From Glaucostegus cemiculus (lineage: Eukaryota), in contig CDPCPM010000020.1 of the NCBI GenBank assembly GCA_976551045.1, forward strand, positions 186,001-250,000: 64,000 nt of DNA. The letters are read 5' to 3'. The position numbers and the translations under genes were made by a program. Each line of letters starts with the position of its first letter. Positions within the stretch are counted from its first letter, which is position 1. This document shows, piece after piece, positions 12,880 through 26,224 of the stretch. Under the pieces are notes generated by a model. It was not told the DNA's origin and searched no databases. It worked only from the letters and a program-made list of their open reading frames with translations.

Positions 12880-13790
12880 CTGCACTGCGAGTGACAGATG
12901 CCACTCTCAAATCTGTGCCTCAATATCACAAAGAGAATCTCTCATTGAGCCTTCAACCATTGAAGATGTAAGATGTGCTAGAAATTGGACTAAGATCAAC
13001 AGAATTGGAAGATCAGATGGTATATTGTTTGTTGGCAAAGACTGAGGAACTTCTACTAAGGTTCTTTACTCCGTATTCAGAGAACGGTATTAGTGAGGAA
13101 ACTATAAGGAACTTGAGGAATGCCAGCCTCGTTTATTATCTTTTAAAGGGGGTCAAGGCAGTGTGTGACAGTTATCGAGGTATTGTCTTCCTTTCCTCAG
13201 CAAGGAAATTTCATGTGTATTCTTCTAAGCTGTCTCCTTGCTGTTGCTGAAGAAGTCTTGCTGGAATCTCGGTGGACTTCGCTCATTTCGCTGGACAAGT
13301 GACGTGATTTTCATTTCCCAGTAGAGCAAGAAAATACTTTGGTTACCATATCAAAGCTGTAAGGCTTTTGTCAACCTGATGAAGGCTTGTGACTCGAAAT
13401 CACAAAGCTTTATAGAAGGTGCTGGATAAATTTGACTGCTCTATAAAAATGATCAAATTTGTTGGGCTTCTGCTTGTTCATTTGGACGCTACCATTCTCT
13501 GTAGTGGTTTGGAAATGAGGTCAGCAAGGGTGCATCATTCCTGCAGCCTTGTTTGCCACCTTGGCAGTCTTCCTTGTCCTGACCACAATCCACCTTCCTG
13601 CTGGAATTAACATTGAGTGCAGGTGAAAGGACGGCTTTTTTTTTAAATCTTTGACATTTCTGTTCAAAGACCAATCAGTTTTTCTCAGACATCTGCCATT
13701 GATCTCTGACATGCTGAGGATTGTGGTGTCCATGCATGCACCAGATCTCGCGTTTGTGCTAGATCGCTTTGAAAGTTTATTGAAGCCTGG
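12880..13790 (+). mobile_element. Decayed RTE-clade LINE RT fragment
   Basis: KGVKAVCDSYRGIVFLSSARK (cf. KG.K..C.NYRGISLLS..GK), AFVNLMKACDS (cf. FVDL.KAFD), LDKFDCSIKMI (cf. L.KFGCP.KFI); many frameshifts. Confidence 0.75.
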
Positions 13791-15261
13791 AACTTCCACT
13801 CAGGTTGAAGACCATGATGATTTTCTTTTGATTTGTTCAAGGAGCTGCCAACTGCAATTTGCCATGGAGGAGACACACTCTGGAGACAGTCAAGCAATTC
13901 CTTTACTCTAGTAACAAATGTTTATTTTGAGGTTCAACACAATAGCCAGTGTATTTATGCCTTTTTTTAGGAAACTGCTTAGTATATTTTCGTTGAACAT
14001 GACCTATCCAGTGACACCAGGATCCAGATAGTTACTACTTGTTGGTAGTTATTCCCAATCTGTTATGTATGTGAAACCTGAGTGAACTTACTAAGATCAC
14101 CTTAAGAGCTTGGAGAGGGATCACCAAAATTCATCTCCAAAATTCTACATGTTAACTGGGAAGACCAGTGCGTTAATAACTATGTTCTCACTGGTGGTAA
14201 CATCACCTGCATTTGAGGCAGCAATCCTTGCACACAATTCCATTGAATTGGTCACTAGATGTCCAATTCTAGGTGGCCAAAACAAATTTTATGCTCTTAG
14301 TTTCAGCCAGAGATCCTGTGGCAGTCAAAGGATGCATGGAAGGCACACCTCAAGGAAACAGAAATAAACATAATGAACTGGGAAGAGAAGGCCACCAATT
14401 GGTCTTAATGGCTGAAGCTTACTTTTATGAGAAATGTGATTTTCAAAGCTGAAAAAGGAGAATAGAAACAAAAGGGAAAGAAATCCTGACCAGCTCTTCC
14501 ATGTAGAAGCATTTGCAGTTTCTGTGAATTGATCTGTGGGCCTAGGGTTGCATTACGGAGTTATCTTTTCACCTTTTGGTGAATCATAGTAAATACCATT
14601 CTTGAAGTGAGGGATTACCAGTTTAAATTAGCTCATTCATTGCCATATGGGCATCCCAACTTGTGGATTCTCCACCATTGCTTGATTTGGAAGAAGTTGT
14701 CTCTGACTGTGATTTTTGTGTTCTTCGTCATTCACTGTTCCTGGGGAATATTGATTTGTCTAGTCATTGCAACTTGTACTTACAAACTACCTTATATTTA
14801 CCATGATGCCCCTGCTACTATTGGTCTGCTCAACCACTCCCTCTCCATCCTTGTCCCTAGTTAATGCTTTGCTCTTATTCTGGTTGTTCCCCTGATATTG
14901 CTTCTGTCTTTGCCCTGTCCCTGAGATGTAAACTTGTTTGTTATCTGCAGTTCAATGGTGAATCTGGATGGACCATGTAATGCACTCTCTAGTTTTGCTC
15001 ACTACTAAAACTGCCAGCTTCTCTGTGATATTCCCGTAGAAGAGTTATTATTAGCTCCTTTTGTTTCCTACCAAGTGCATACTTAAACCTGTGTCTCTGC
15101 CATCTCTGTTTTCCACCAGAAAAAAGGAATCATTAACATCTTCCATTCTCTTGGTATCCCTTGCCCACTAAGCCAAACCTTTCCCCTGTCTGGCCCTGAA
15201 TCTGTGTCCAACCCTGGTTTCCCTCTTATATCTCCTAGTGTCTTCTCCAAACACACCTTGT

Positions 15262-15378
15262 CCATGGGTCGTTGACTTGAAGTGTTGACTGTTTCTCACC
15301 ACAAATGCTGTGTGACTTGCTGAGTACTTCTGCCACTTTTTGTTTTTGTTTTTCAGATTTTTGGTATCTTTTTGCTTC
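15262..15378 (+). mobile_element. Penelope-like element terminal-repeat remnant
   Basis: gacttgaagtgttgactgtttctc...aatgctgtgtgacttgctgagtacttc...cagattt; same family as the copies at 58840 and 62425. Confidence 0.5.
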
Positions 15379-16659
15379 AGGATCTACATCTTGTCATGAC
15401 CCCCATCTGAATAATGCACTAACCACCCAAGTTCATTGTTAGCTCATGTTTTATGTGGTGTCCTCGCCTTGTGTTCCCTGTACTTATCAGAGCTGTATCA
15501 CCACCCTTATCAAAAATTACACTTGTGACTCTTGGATTCTTTTGTCTTTGCTACCAGTTTTCTTTTCCCAATTTCCCTTCCCTCCCTTGCTGGCTCCCAA
15601 ATCTTGTACCTTTTTTTCTGTAAATCCCTTTTTCATTCGATTTTTTTTTTGCCTGACAGAAAGCTCCACTCATAGTCACAGACATTATCCTTTGAAAATG
15701 TGATTTTTTTTTTCCTCTCCTTCTCTTCCACCCCCCCCCCCCCCACCAATTCATTACAATATCTCTGCAACCTTTGAGATGGTTGACCTTACCTTCCATT
15801 TCCAAGGCTTTGCAGCAGTTGTCCTGTTCATAGCTAGGCATTGAATTTTCCAGTTTTTACTTTTACTTTTGGGTTCAGCAGAATTGGTTTGTTTCAAAAA
15901 CAAGTTTACTTAGCAAGGAGCATGAACTTTGCATGTCTTTTAGTTTCTATAAGCACAACCAAACCAAAATAAAAGTCTGCATAATGATTCTGCATGCTAC
16001 ATAGTCTTTCTGTCATTTGAAATCTGCTTATCCTGTGGAATGTATGCATTTGACCCCTGCCATTTGTTAAACTCAGTGATAAATTTGGCCTTAACACTGT
16101 GGATTTCATCATTTATACTGGCGGTTTGTTCAGGTATGTAGGGAATTGAAGCAAGCCTACCTTGTCGTCTGCCAGGAAATGGGATCAGCAGTCAGTGATT
16201 CTGTCAGTTAGTGTCTCGCTAGCTTTCATTTACTAAATGTGTCAATTGCTTGGTTGAATATTGAGGATTGTTCATAATATTTTTATTAGGCTTCACAGTC
16301 TCTGAAACGAAATTGGTCACATTGAACAATTTCATTAAAAAAATCTTCAATTTCCTTTGAGTAATCACATTTTTTTGTCTCCATTTTCAGCTGTGTTTTT
16401 ACTCTTGCATTTTTCTTATCACTACTGTATGCCATCTTTAAAGTCTAGTGCAGCATTTTGAAAGTAACACTTAAATTCTGCATGTTGACCATTTTTCGTT
16501 GGTGCACTTTATCAGTGGAATAACCCAATTCTTCCAAGTGGACCTTTGGCCCATTGCTTAAAATTATGAAATCCAACCTTAATTGTATTATTGTTTCTCC
16601 AAACTTGTATGAGGCCACAAAGTCCATCTTTAATATCTTGCAAGAAAGATGTTTCCTCG

Positions 16660-16815
16660 GTGGGGGGGGGTCTTTAACCAAGGGTCACAACCTCCGAATA
16701 GATAGGAGGCTATTCAGGACTGAGATGAAGGGAAACTTCTTCACTCAGAGGGTGGTGAATCTTTGGCATTCTCTACTCCAGGGAGCTATAGCGGCTCAGT
16801 CACTGAGTTCATTTT
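16660..16815 (+). mobile_element. CR1 ORF2 C-terminal fragment
   Basis: TKGHNLRI...FFTQRVVNLWHSL in ORF 16554..16979. Confidence 0.85.
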
Positions 16816-18048
16816 TGTATGTTTCACCACATTTGACTGCTGAATCGTGTGGGTTCAGAATTTTTGGCATTTACTCATTCAAATGGAAGCAAGTCTGGGT
16901 CTCCTGTGAATATGCAGTTAAATGTGCAAGTTCTGAACTTACTGACAAATTTGGAATGCTGTATCTGTCTGTTCTCTAGTTTTTGAAGGCTCATTCTGTG
17001 ACCCTTATCTGTGGTAAATTACTTTGTCTTGATAAAGTATGTTTATACAAACTATTTGTGTGCAATAACTCAAATGATGCTTCAGCACTGTTGGGTTTCA
17101 AATTGCTTCTGCTATTTCTGCCCATTCCTGTGTCAGATTGGCATATGATGAAGCCTCTCCCAGATTTCTCATCCTCGCCAAAGCAATGACTTTTTTTGGT
17201 GAGGTTCAGTGGAAGACGATAGCCTTTACATATCCAAGTTGGCATTCTCCATTTGTAAATGTAGTTGATTGTTAGCAAGATATTGATCCAGTCATATAAC
17301 TAACATCCCCACATACTTTCCAGTACATTGCATTGAGTAGCTGAGGGGAGTTGGAATCTTGGGTAATTTGCCTTCCTAATTTATTTCCTGTCCTGGAGTA
17401 TTGAGGCAATTTATGTTTCTTGTACTGCCATTGAGTCGTAGATTAGCCATTTGGGCCAGAGATTAAACTGTGCTTTACATAATGAATTATCTGGGTTGCT
17501 TGTTTATATTGTTATGTAATAGTACAGCAGTGATAGGAATGCTGAATTGATTGCCTAGTTTATGTTCTTTTTCTCTGAATCTTGCTCTCATCTACCTTCT
17601 CTCCCCAGCACCGCCACTGCACACAGACAAATGTGCACACGTAAGGGGACACACCTTAATTGTTATTTTAACTGAGGGTACATTTTTGGTTCCCTGTTTG
17701 TGTCCATGCAGACATTTAGATATTTTTTATAGTGATCAGGTTGATTGGAATAAGTTTGCTGATGTGGGAGATGATTCCAGGTTTGGGCTTGTATACCTAA
17801 TCCTGTGATTGGTCAAATTATAAATAGCCCCGAGATAAAGGAAAAGTAGCCTATATTTTTTCTCTCTCACTTGTGTGATTTGGCTTTTGTTTCAGAGAAA
17901 GGGGGGAAATAAAAGTAATGAACACTAATTGTGTTGTAGTTTTACATTTCAGCAAAGCACATTAATAAATTGGTGATTTTTTTCTGAATCGATTAAATAC
18001 AAGGTGTTCAGATTAAATGGTTGGAACAGTTTAATTTTTCTGTTGCAG

Positions 18049-18184
18049 CTATGAATGTTGACTCTGCTGAAACAAGTTGTTTGGCAGAAGAAGATGAAGG
18101 TGATCCGTCTGAATCTCATGGCTGTTCAAAGCAAGAAGGAGCATTGGAGCCTGTCTTGAAAGAGCAACGTTGGGACAAGTGCAG
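18049..18184 (+). CDS. KMT2D: Coding exon 2 (acidic linker AMNVDSAETS...RWDKC)
   Basis: ttgcag|CT ... CAG|GTAAGA; 136 nt, open, phase 1 to 2, which is the phase needed to join exons 1 and 3. Confidence 0.75.
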
Positions 18185-18339
18185 GTAAGAGGGGAAATGC
18201 ACAGAAGGTGTTCAAAGATTGGAGATTTCTCACCACCTTGCTGTGGATGGCACAGCTGATACACGTACAGCTTGGGAAGCATGTATGCATCAGAAACACT
18301 GTCCTCTGAAATACCTCAGACTGCAGCAGCCTCCGTGAT

Positions 18340-18745
18340 GTTTCGAATTATCTGCTGTATCCTTTGACGACTTTCCTCACAATCCACAACTCCACCAATT
18401 TGTATCTGTACCAATTTATCATCTGAAAACTTACTAATCAGGACACCTACATCCAAATCATTTATATGTGTGCACTTATTACAAACAGGGTTCCCAGCAC
18501 TGATCCTTGCGAAATATCGCTGGTTACAGACCTCCAGTCAGAAAAACACTCCTCTGCCACTCCTGTCTGTCATCTATGACCAAGCCAATTTTGGATCCAA
18601 TTTACCAACTCACTGTGGATCCCATGTGCCATAATTTTCTGGACCAGCCAACCACGAAGAACTTTGTCAATTGCTTTACTAAAATCCATGTAGACAGTAT
18701 CCACTGCCCTGCCCTTGTCAATCATCCTGTTCACTTCCCCAAATG
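18340..18745 (-). mobile_element. CR1 RT fragment
   Basis: Reverse strand reads VYMDFSKAIDKV, ELVNWIQNWL, QGSVLG and SKFSDD. Confidence 0.85.
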
Positions 18746-19041
18746 AATTTAATGAGTTGTTTTTCAGATTTCTAATCGATGTTATGTTTGCAAGGTTTTT
18801 TTTTGCTCAAATGTTTTCATTTGAGTTACCAACAGCTTTACACTTGTCAATTTAATTATGGGAAACAGTTGAATAGTAATCAAATATTTTTCTGAATTTG
18901 TGGCAAGTCTAGGATCATCTGTATTTAAATTCAAATCAGTTTTTGTAAATAAGTAAAGGTGAAAGCTATTAATGTAGATAATGTGATTTAAAAAAAAATC
19001 GATTTATGAGAACTAATGTGTTGAGTCTTTTTTTTGACCAG

Positions 19042-19283
19042 CTTGGAGCAGAAGCTGTGCGTATTTTGTAACTGTGGAGAGCAGAGTTTACATGGACAGA
19101 GAGAACTGAAACAATTTGATCCATCAGTTGTATTGACTGAACTTGGAAACGGAGGGACTAACAGGACTGAGAAGGAATCGTTGAGGCATGCGAGTGTTTT
19201 GGGGGTGGAGGAGCTCTCGGATGAGCTCGCACGAGTTGGCTTTGAGCAAAGTGCAACAACAGTGGCTCTCTTTGAGTCAACAG
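19042..19283 (+). CDS. KMT2D: Coding exon 3 (start of extended PHD1: LCVFCNCGEQSLHGQRELKQF)
   Basis: gaccag|C ... CAG|GTGAAA; 242 nt; KMT2D pre-PHD zinc-knuckle motif. Confidence 0.92.
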
Positions 19284-19517
19284 GTGAAAAATTATAATTA
19301 CTTTCTTGTTTAGAGTCCCAACATTTTCCAAAGTTGTTCTCAAAACATTTCAGTATCTGTATTTCTGTATTAAATATGTTGAATGTTGTATTTTCATAAA
19401 TCTGTTTCTAATCTTCTTTTTCCCCAATAAATTCATGTTGAAAGATTAGAGTTTTGATTCATTAAGTAATTTAAATGTTACCTCTTAATGACCTGAACAA
19501 TAAGTGTCTTTCTGGAC

Positions 19518-20350
19518 AGCTTGGTGATAGGACACAGAGGGTAGTAGAGGAAGGATGCTTTTCTGATTGAAAGTCTGTTTCCCTGTGGTATAATGCAGGG
19601 ATCAGTGCTGGGGTCTTTGTTGGTTGTGATTAAATATTAACGACTTGGGTGTGAATGTAGGAGCTATGATTAATAAGTTTGCAGATGACACACAAGTTGG
19701 TGGTGTTGTGGATAGCAAGGAAAGTTGTCTAAGGCTACAGCAGGATACAAGTCAGATGGGAAGTTGGGCAGAGTGTTGGCAGATAGAATTTAATCCTGCC
19801 AAGTGCAAGGTTATGCACTTTGGGAAGTCAAATAGGGGTAGGACATGTACAGTAAGTGGTAGGGCACTAAGGAATGTTAGTGAACCGGGGGGACCTTGGG
19901 GTTCAGGTCCGGAGTTCCCTTAAAGTGGCATAGGTCAGGGCATAGAATATAAAACTTAGGATGTTATGTTGCAGCTTTACAAAACACTGATTAGACCACA
20001 CTTAGAGCAGTTCTGGTCCCCACACTATATGAAGGATGTGGTTGCGCCGGAGAGAGTGTAGTGGAGATTCACCAGGATGGTGCCTGGATTGGAAAACTTT
20101 AGTTATTGTGAGAGATTGGATCGAATGGATTTATTTTTCCCTGGACTGAAGGAGGCTGAGGGATGACCTGATTTGAGGTATATAAAATCATAAGACAGAG
20201 TCAGTAGTCAGAAGCTTTTTCCCATGGTAGGGTTAGCAAAAACAAGAAGGCATGGATTGAAGCTGAGAGGAAGGAATTTTAAAGGAGATTTGATAGGAAC
20301 GTGTTTTTTTTTACAGTGTGTGGTTGATGTATGGAACTCACTACCAGTAA
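19518..20350 (+). mobile_element. CR1 LINE fragment (RT to C-terminus)
   Basis: QGSVLG, NKFADDTQVGG, FNPAKCKVMHFG, VVDVWNSLP. Confidence 0.9.
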
Positions 20351-20464
20351 ACTATGTAGTTAAACATTATGTAGTCTTCATGAAATATGTTGCAACAGAA
20401 CCATGACCAGCTAAGCTAAGTTTATCCTCCCTTGCATTCAAAGGTACCGTTTCTAAGAGGACAC

Positions 20465-21405
20465 AAATTGGGGGCATTGAGGACAATGAGGAGATAATAG
20501 GATTGGTGGAATGAGACTAATGGAATTGTTCCCCTGGGAGCTGACATGGCTCCAAGGGGATGAATAGACTCCTCCTTTCTTCTTTATAAGAGAAGTCTAA
20601 AGTAGTAGTGGACTTCAAGGAGATGTAGGCAGGCTATTGAAATTAATTGCTGATAATTGCAGTGATACAATTTAGTTGGAAGAATGAGAAGACTGGGGGG
20701 CATAAGCCCTAGAGAAAGGTGCAACAATGGATCTGGGGAAATATATGTATAGTCTGCTGAAAGTGGCAGAGCATATTGTCAAAGTGGTTAAAAAGTATGC
20801 AAGATCCGAGACATTATAAATGGAGACATAGAGCTCAAGAGCACGACAAACCTTTATAAAACATTAGGGTCAGCCACAACTGGAGTATGGTGTCCAATTC
20901 TGGGTACCACACTTCAGGAAAGATTTAGAGAGTGTGCAGAGGAGATTGACTAAAAAATAATTCCTGGGATGAGTTACTTTAATCATGGTGATAGGTTGGA
21001 GAAGCTGGAACAATGGAGATTGTGAGGGGACCTGATTGAGGTATTTGAAGTTGAGAAAATTGTAGACATAATAAATAGAATCTCTTGCACTGGCAGAAGA
21101 GTCATGAATTGGGGCACCTAGAATGAAGATAATTGGCAAAAACAAAAGTAATATGGGGAGAAACCTCTTCATGGAGTGAGTGGTTAGGGTTTGGAATGCA
21201 CTGCTGGGGTAATAGTGGAGGCAGGTTCAATGGTAGCAAGCCAAAGCAAACTAGATGTACATTGGAAAGGAAAGAATTTGCAGAGATTTGTGTGTGGGGT
21301 GGGGAACAGCAGGGTAGTGAGACTGGCTGGATTGCTCTTGCATGGAGCCATTATGGACTTGGCAGGCCAAATAGCTGCTTCCTGTGCTGTAACCATTCTG
21401 TGACT
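20465..21405 (+). mobile_element. Further decayed CR1 3' fragments
   Basis: aactggagtatggtgtccaattctgg (LEY.VQFW), gtttggaatgcactg, and 3' UTR ending gctgtaaccattctgtgacttctatg. Confidence 0.75.
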
Positions 21406-21706
21406 TCTATGTCAATTGCCCATTGGTGATCAGGAACAGACAATCTGGCTGATTTTGATTTCCTTCTTGGTCTTTTTCTCATTCTTCTGACTCCCCAATA
21501 CCACAAGCATCTTACAAGGGGTTGAAGTATCCTGACTACTGTCACTTTGGCTGCATTTGCTTTTCTTTTTTGTGGGCTAAGTATCAAGTCAGAGAGACTC
21601 TCTTAGTCTCCATGTGTTACGTTTACCCAATTTGGCATTGTGGCATCTTCTAGTGTGCGATGATTGAACAGGGCACTTCTATGTAGCACGTGATATTACA
21701 TTTATT

Positions 21707-22100
21707 TTGGCTCAGTTGATAATTCATTGTTTCCTGAGTCAGAAGCTTGTTGGCTCAAAGCTCACTTCAGAACTTGAAACTTTTAATATAAGACTGATGG
21801 AGTAACACATTTGAAAAGAAATGCTGCATTGTCTTTTAAATCAGATCTCATTTGAAGGTCTTACCTGCCTGTCTGAATTGTTCAGTTTAAAGATTATAAG
21901 ACACAGTTTGAAAAGCAGATTTTTGGCCACAATCTCCCCTCAGCAGCACAACCAGTCACTTAATTGGCCAATTTTGAGGATTTCGCTGCGCGCAAAATGG
22001 CTGTCGCATTTGCTTACATAATTTGCTGCACTTCAAATAATGAAACATTAATTGAAGTACTAAGATGCTTGAGTTCAGGCGCTAAATGCATCTTTTTTTT
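21707..22100 (+). mobile_element. Old tRNA-derived Deu-domain-like SINE
   Basis: tRNA-like head tggctcagttg...tgagtcagaag...; body gctgcgcgcaaaatggctg...cacttcaaa. Confidence 0.55.
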
Positions 22101-23287
22101 ACCCTTTTTATGTTGGGGGATACTGCTGTGCAGCTGCCAAAAATAGTAATCATGTAAACATTTATTCTTGCATAGACATCTTCCTCTGATACTCTTGACT
22201 ACTGCTGGCTTAGTTGGTTTTCTATTATTTAAGTGTAACTAGTGTTACTGTGTAGGATGTGAAAGTTTATATTAGGCTAAACCATGGGAAAGCAAAATGT
22301 TTGCAAGTAGTATTCACGCAAATGCACTTTTAGGTATACAGCTTGGTGCTGCTTTTTCCCTACTCATTTGTTTACAAGGCCTGGGTTTCAAGTTGGCCTA
22401 GATGCGATAGGTCTTCTTTCTTGAGGCCCTCGTTCACTCGCCCAGAGTATTCTACTGCTCAGTTAAATGCATTGAATGCCAATGTCAATTTTTGGGCACG
22501 AAGTGAATTGAGAGATGCGGGGATTTGGCAGGACACTGGAATTGTGGTCCAGGATCAGCAGGCTCAAGGGGTTGTTAAGGCTTGCTCCTCCTATTTCTTT
22601 GGTACCTACTTCCTAAGTTATAACGGCCTGAAAATAATTCCAAGTGGACATGAGCCTGTTGGAAAAAATGAAATACCAACTAGAGCAGGTATCTGAGAAT
22701 GAGCTCCTTGAGCCCAGACAGTTGTTTCTGTACTCTTGCTGAGTATTCCATACTGTCATCAACACTGAATCAAACTTGAAATCAATACCTGAAAATCACC
22801 CTTCCGTCACTGGTCAAGTCTCTCATCCCCATCCTCGCCAAATGTCTAAATAACACAGCTGCTATTGCTAACATTGAACCAAACTGAAAACTGACCTAGA
22901 TAAAGTACAGAGCCTGATTGGCATTTTACAGCCTGACCCAAATCTGAATGAGCTAACAGAGCGTAGATCCAATCTGACACACATTTGAGTCCCAGTGGGT
23001 TTGGGTTGGTGTGCCAGGCACAAACTCGTAACGTAGCTAGCCTATCCTTCGTAACCATCTAATATAAATGGCTGAACTAGCTTCCAATTGATTATTCTCT
23101 CTAAACTGCAGTAGTGTCTTCAGATTGGGAGATAATCTGTCCAACAGTAGTTTAATTCACTCAAATGCATTTGAATGTTAATTTAATAACTCGCCAACAA
23201 ATATTCTGGATATTTATTTCCTTTTTGAATAAAGGGAAGCAGGTTTGCTCTCCACTGTGTGTTTATTCTAGACATTTCTTTCCACAG

Positions 23288-23397
23288 GGCATTTCTGGGC
23301 TCATCATTGGTGTGCAGCCTGGTCACATGATGTTGAGCAGGGTGAGGGGCAAAGACTGGTCAATGTGGATAAAGCTGTAATCTCAGGAATCTCGCAG
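23288..23397 (+). CDS. KMT2D: Coding exon 4 (HFWAHHWCAAWS...VDKAVISGISQ)
   Basis: ccacag|GG ... CAG|GTAAGA; 110 nt; ePHD motif. Confidence 0.95.
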
Positions 23398-23756
23398 GTA
23401 AGAGGTTAACTATTGAAGTTCTTCATGTGATGGATTCTAAACTGTTAGAGGTCTGAGTAATTGTCTTTTATGATTATTACCGGCCTTGTAGGCTGCAGTC
23501 TCAACTTGCAGTAATGCTAAATACAACAGTACAGCAAGGTGTGAGACAAAACTGTTTCTGCTTTCCACTATTTTGACCACCATTGACTGGTGAAGACAGA
23601 AACTAGTGCCAGTAGTTCTACTTCAATAGATGTGTGAAAGCTAGGGTGACCCCATTTCTTAAAAGGGAGGGATTGCATCCTTATGGTGGAATCATTGAGG
23701 AGGGTGGAGGGAATTATGATGGAGCCAAGGCCAAGAAAATGGGTCCAAAGGCAAAA

Positions 23757-24043
23757 GGCATCCATCCATCATTTAAGGACACTCGCCATCCAGGACATGC
23801 CCTCTTCACGTTACTACCATCGGGGAGTAGGTACAGGAGCTTGAAGACCCACGCTCAATGTTTCTGGAACAGCTTCTTCCCCTTCCCCCATCAGATTTCT
23901 GAACGGTCCATGAACACTACTTCGTTATTCCTCTTTTGCACCATTTATTTTTGTAACTTGTAATTTTTATGTCTTGCACTGTACTGCTGCCGCAAAACAA
24001 ATTTCATGACATTCGTCGGTGATAATAAATCTGGTTCTGATTT
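23757..24043 (+). mobile_element. Rex1/Babar-type LINE 3' end
   Basis: KDTRHPGHALFTLLPSGSRYRSLKTH...NSFFP, then gataataaatctggttctga tail. Confidence 0.8.
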
Positions 24044-24352
24044 AAGCATTTTGGAGTATCTCTTCTGTAAGATGCAATTATAGGCTGGATCCTCTGACTT
24101 GTTGACCAGCAGTTACCGAAATAACTGTTGGTGCTTGCTTTTATTTTCTTGTCAGAAAGTGGCAAATATCTGAAGTGAAATATTCTTATTGTTTAGTGGT
24201 TTCAGCATAAACTGCACTGGATTGTTGATATGCAGTAGTGTCTACTGCTTGGTTGTAGACTGCAGCAAGCCCACACTAGGTGTGCAGTTATTTGACTCAA
24301 CTCGCAAACTGAGAAGGGTAGAATTTTTTTTCCCTCATACTGCATCTGCGTC

Positions 24353-24560
24353 ATAGAGATACAGCCTTTGGCCCATTGAGTCCACATCGATCATCAACAC
24401 TTAATTTACAGCAGTCAATTAACCTACCAACTCGCATGTCTTTGGGATGTGGGAGGAAACCCATTCAGTCGCAAGGAGTACGTGCAAATTCCATGTTCAG
24501 GTTTGAACCCAGGTCACCAAAACTGTGAGACAGCAACTTTACTAGCTGCATCACTGTCAC
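24353..24560 (-). mobile_element. V-SINE (HE1-like), decayed
   Basis: Antisense V-domain tctttgggatgtgggaggaaaccc...tgcaaattcca and B-box tttgaaccc. Confidence 0.75.
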
Positions 24561-24716
24561 AGTGCGCTGCTTGTGCAAGTGTTCCCATCTTGATGCTCTA
24601 TTTGTAATAGTTATCTGTTGCAGTGAGCATTTGCGTGATACTGTTTTTGGCTAGTTGTACTAGAGTAATAACCATATATAACATTTAAAAAATATTGTTT
24701 GTATTTGCTTTCCTAG

Positions 24717-24879
24717 AAATGCGAATATTGTAAACGGTTGGGTGCTACCATCCGATGCCAGATGGAAGGATGCTTAAGATCGTACCACTTTCCCTGTGCG
24801 GCAGCATCTGGATCCTTTCAGTCAATGAAAACCTTGACTCTTCTCTGTCCAGACCATACTGATAAAGCAGTGCACATAG
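24717..24879 (+). CDS. KMT2D: Coding exon 5 (KCEYCKRLGATIRC...YHFPCAAASGSFQSMKTLTLLCPDH)
   Basis: tcctag|AAA ... TAG|GTAGCA; 163 nt; PHD1 core. Confidence 0.95.
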
Positions 24880-26224
24880 GTAGCAGTATTTGTTTTTATA
24901 GAAGCTTGCATGTTCATAGTGTTGTTCATATTGCGTAGGGAGTTGAATATTGCTAAATCTGGTACAAGAAAAGAAAAAAGCTTTTTCATGCAAATGTAAC
25001 TTGTTTGTGTATTTAAAGTGAGAATGAAACAATTCAGTGTGATTTCACTTTTGGTACCAAAAGCCTTTGGTTTCTTTCCCTCATCTTCAGTTATCCTGCT
25101 CATTAAGTGTCATGATCAGGCTGATTACCTATCGTAATCTTCAATAACCTGACTTGCTCAAAGGACTAAAGCTTGCTTGTGAAATATTTTTTTGTTAATT
25201 TTCATGTTGATCGCTTCACCTTTTACCAATAGTTTAAAAAAAATCTGAGTAGCAATAGAGAACACAATTCAGTTGAAATTTTAAAGCTGAAAAATAATAT
25301 ATTGCTGCAATATATCATGGGGTAATTTTGGTTTGAATTTCACAATTGAGTGCTACTGTTGCATTACCTTTGGGTCTGCCTTATAGCCTAGTCATTAGAA
25401 CAATAAGACTTTCATATTATTTGCCTCCAGTATATTAGAGTAAATAGTGGCATTCATTTTGAGCTGGGTAGGAGGCTGAAATGATAATTGAACTGAAAAT
25501 GGGCATGGGAGAGTTGGAGGGAGTAGTGAATTCTTTTCAGTGGACCCGGTGTCTGCCTTGGAAATACTCTTCCGTACAAAGGTAGGAGGTTACTGATTGG
25601 TATTGCATACACTTCGCCATGTTATATTACACTCAGTGTCACTTAATGGAATTGAGAGATCCATTTTTTTTCATGGGGGTAATCAAAGGAACCATTGGTA
25701 TTCAGCTACTCCCAAGTAAATAAGTCTTGTACTTGTGCAGACTTGCTGTAAGTATGGGATGTGCTAAGTGATAAATGTTAGCACTTCTGTTACTCTGCTC
25801 TGCTGAACTCCATGTGGAATTTAGCTGCAGAGCCCGGTCATGCTGGGATTACCCAGCACATTGCTGGGGATGCAGCTCTCTGATCCTCAGCCAATCAGAC
25901 CTGTGGTAGGATTGGAGTCCCATATATTTGAATGGTAATTCCTAGCCCTGTAGGTAGATAAGAGGTGATTTATTTTTACTTTTATTTTACTTTTTTGTTA
26001 ATGTGATTTTAATTTTTGTTTATTTTTGAAAGCACTCTTTACAGTTCTTAAATGTCTCTGGATAATAGAAATAAATGTATCAAACAAATTCTTTCAGTCT
26101 TGACAGAAGTTGAGTTTTCTCTCCCAGCTTTGCCTGTCTTTGAAGTTTGTTAGGGTGTTCTAGGAGCAATGCCCTTCATAATACGCTGCTTGAGGTCAAT
26201 TCGTGGCTTAGGGCTAGCTAGTTT

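Noticed and set aside
13376-13400. CTGATGA...GAAA hammerhead-like spacing
   Set aside because: No pairing stem II; it is simply the RTE coding motif NLMKACDSK.
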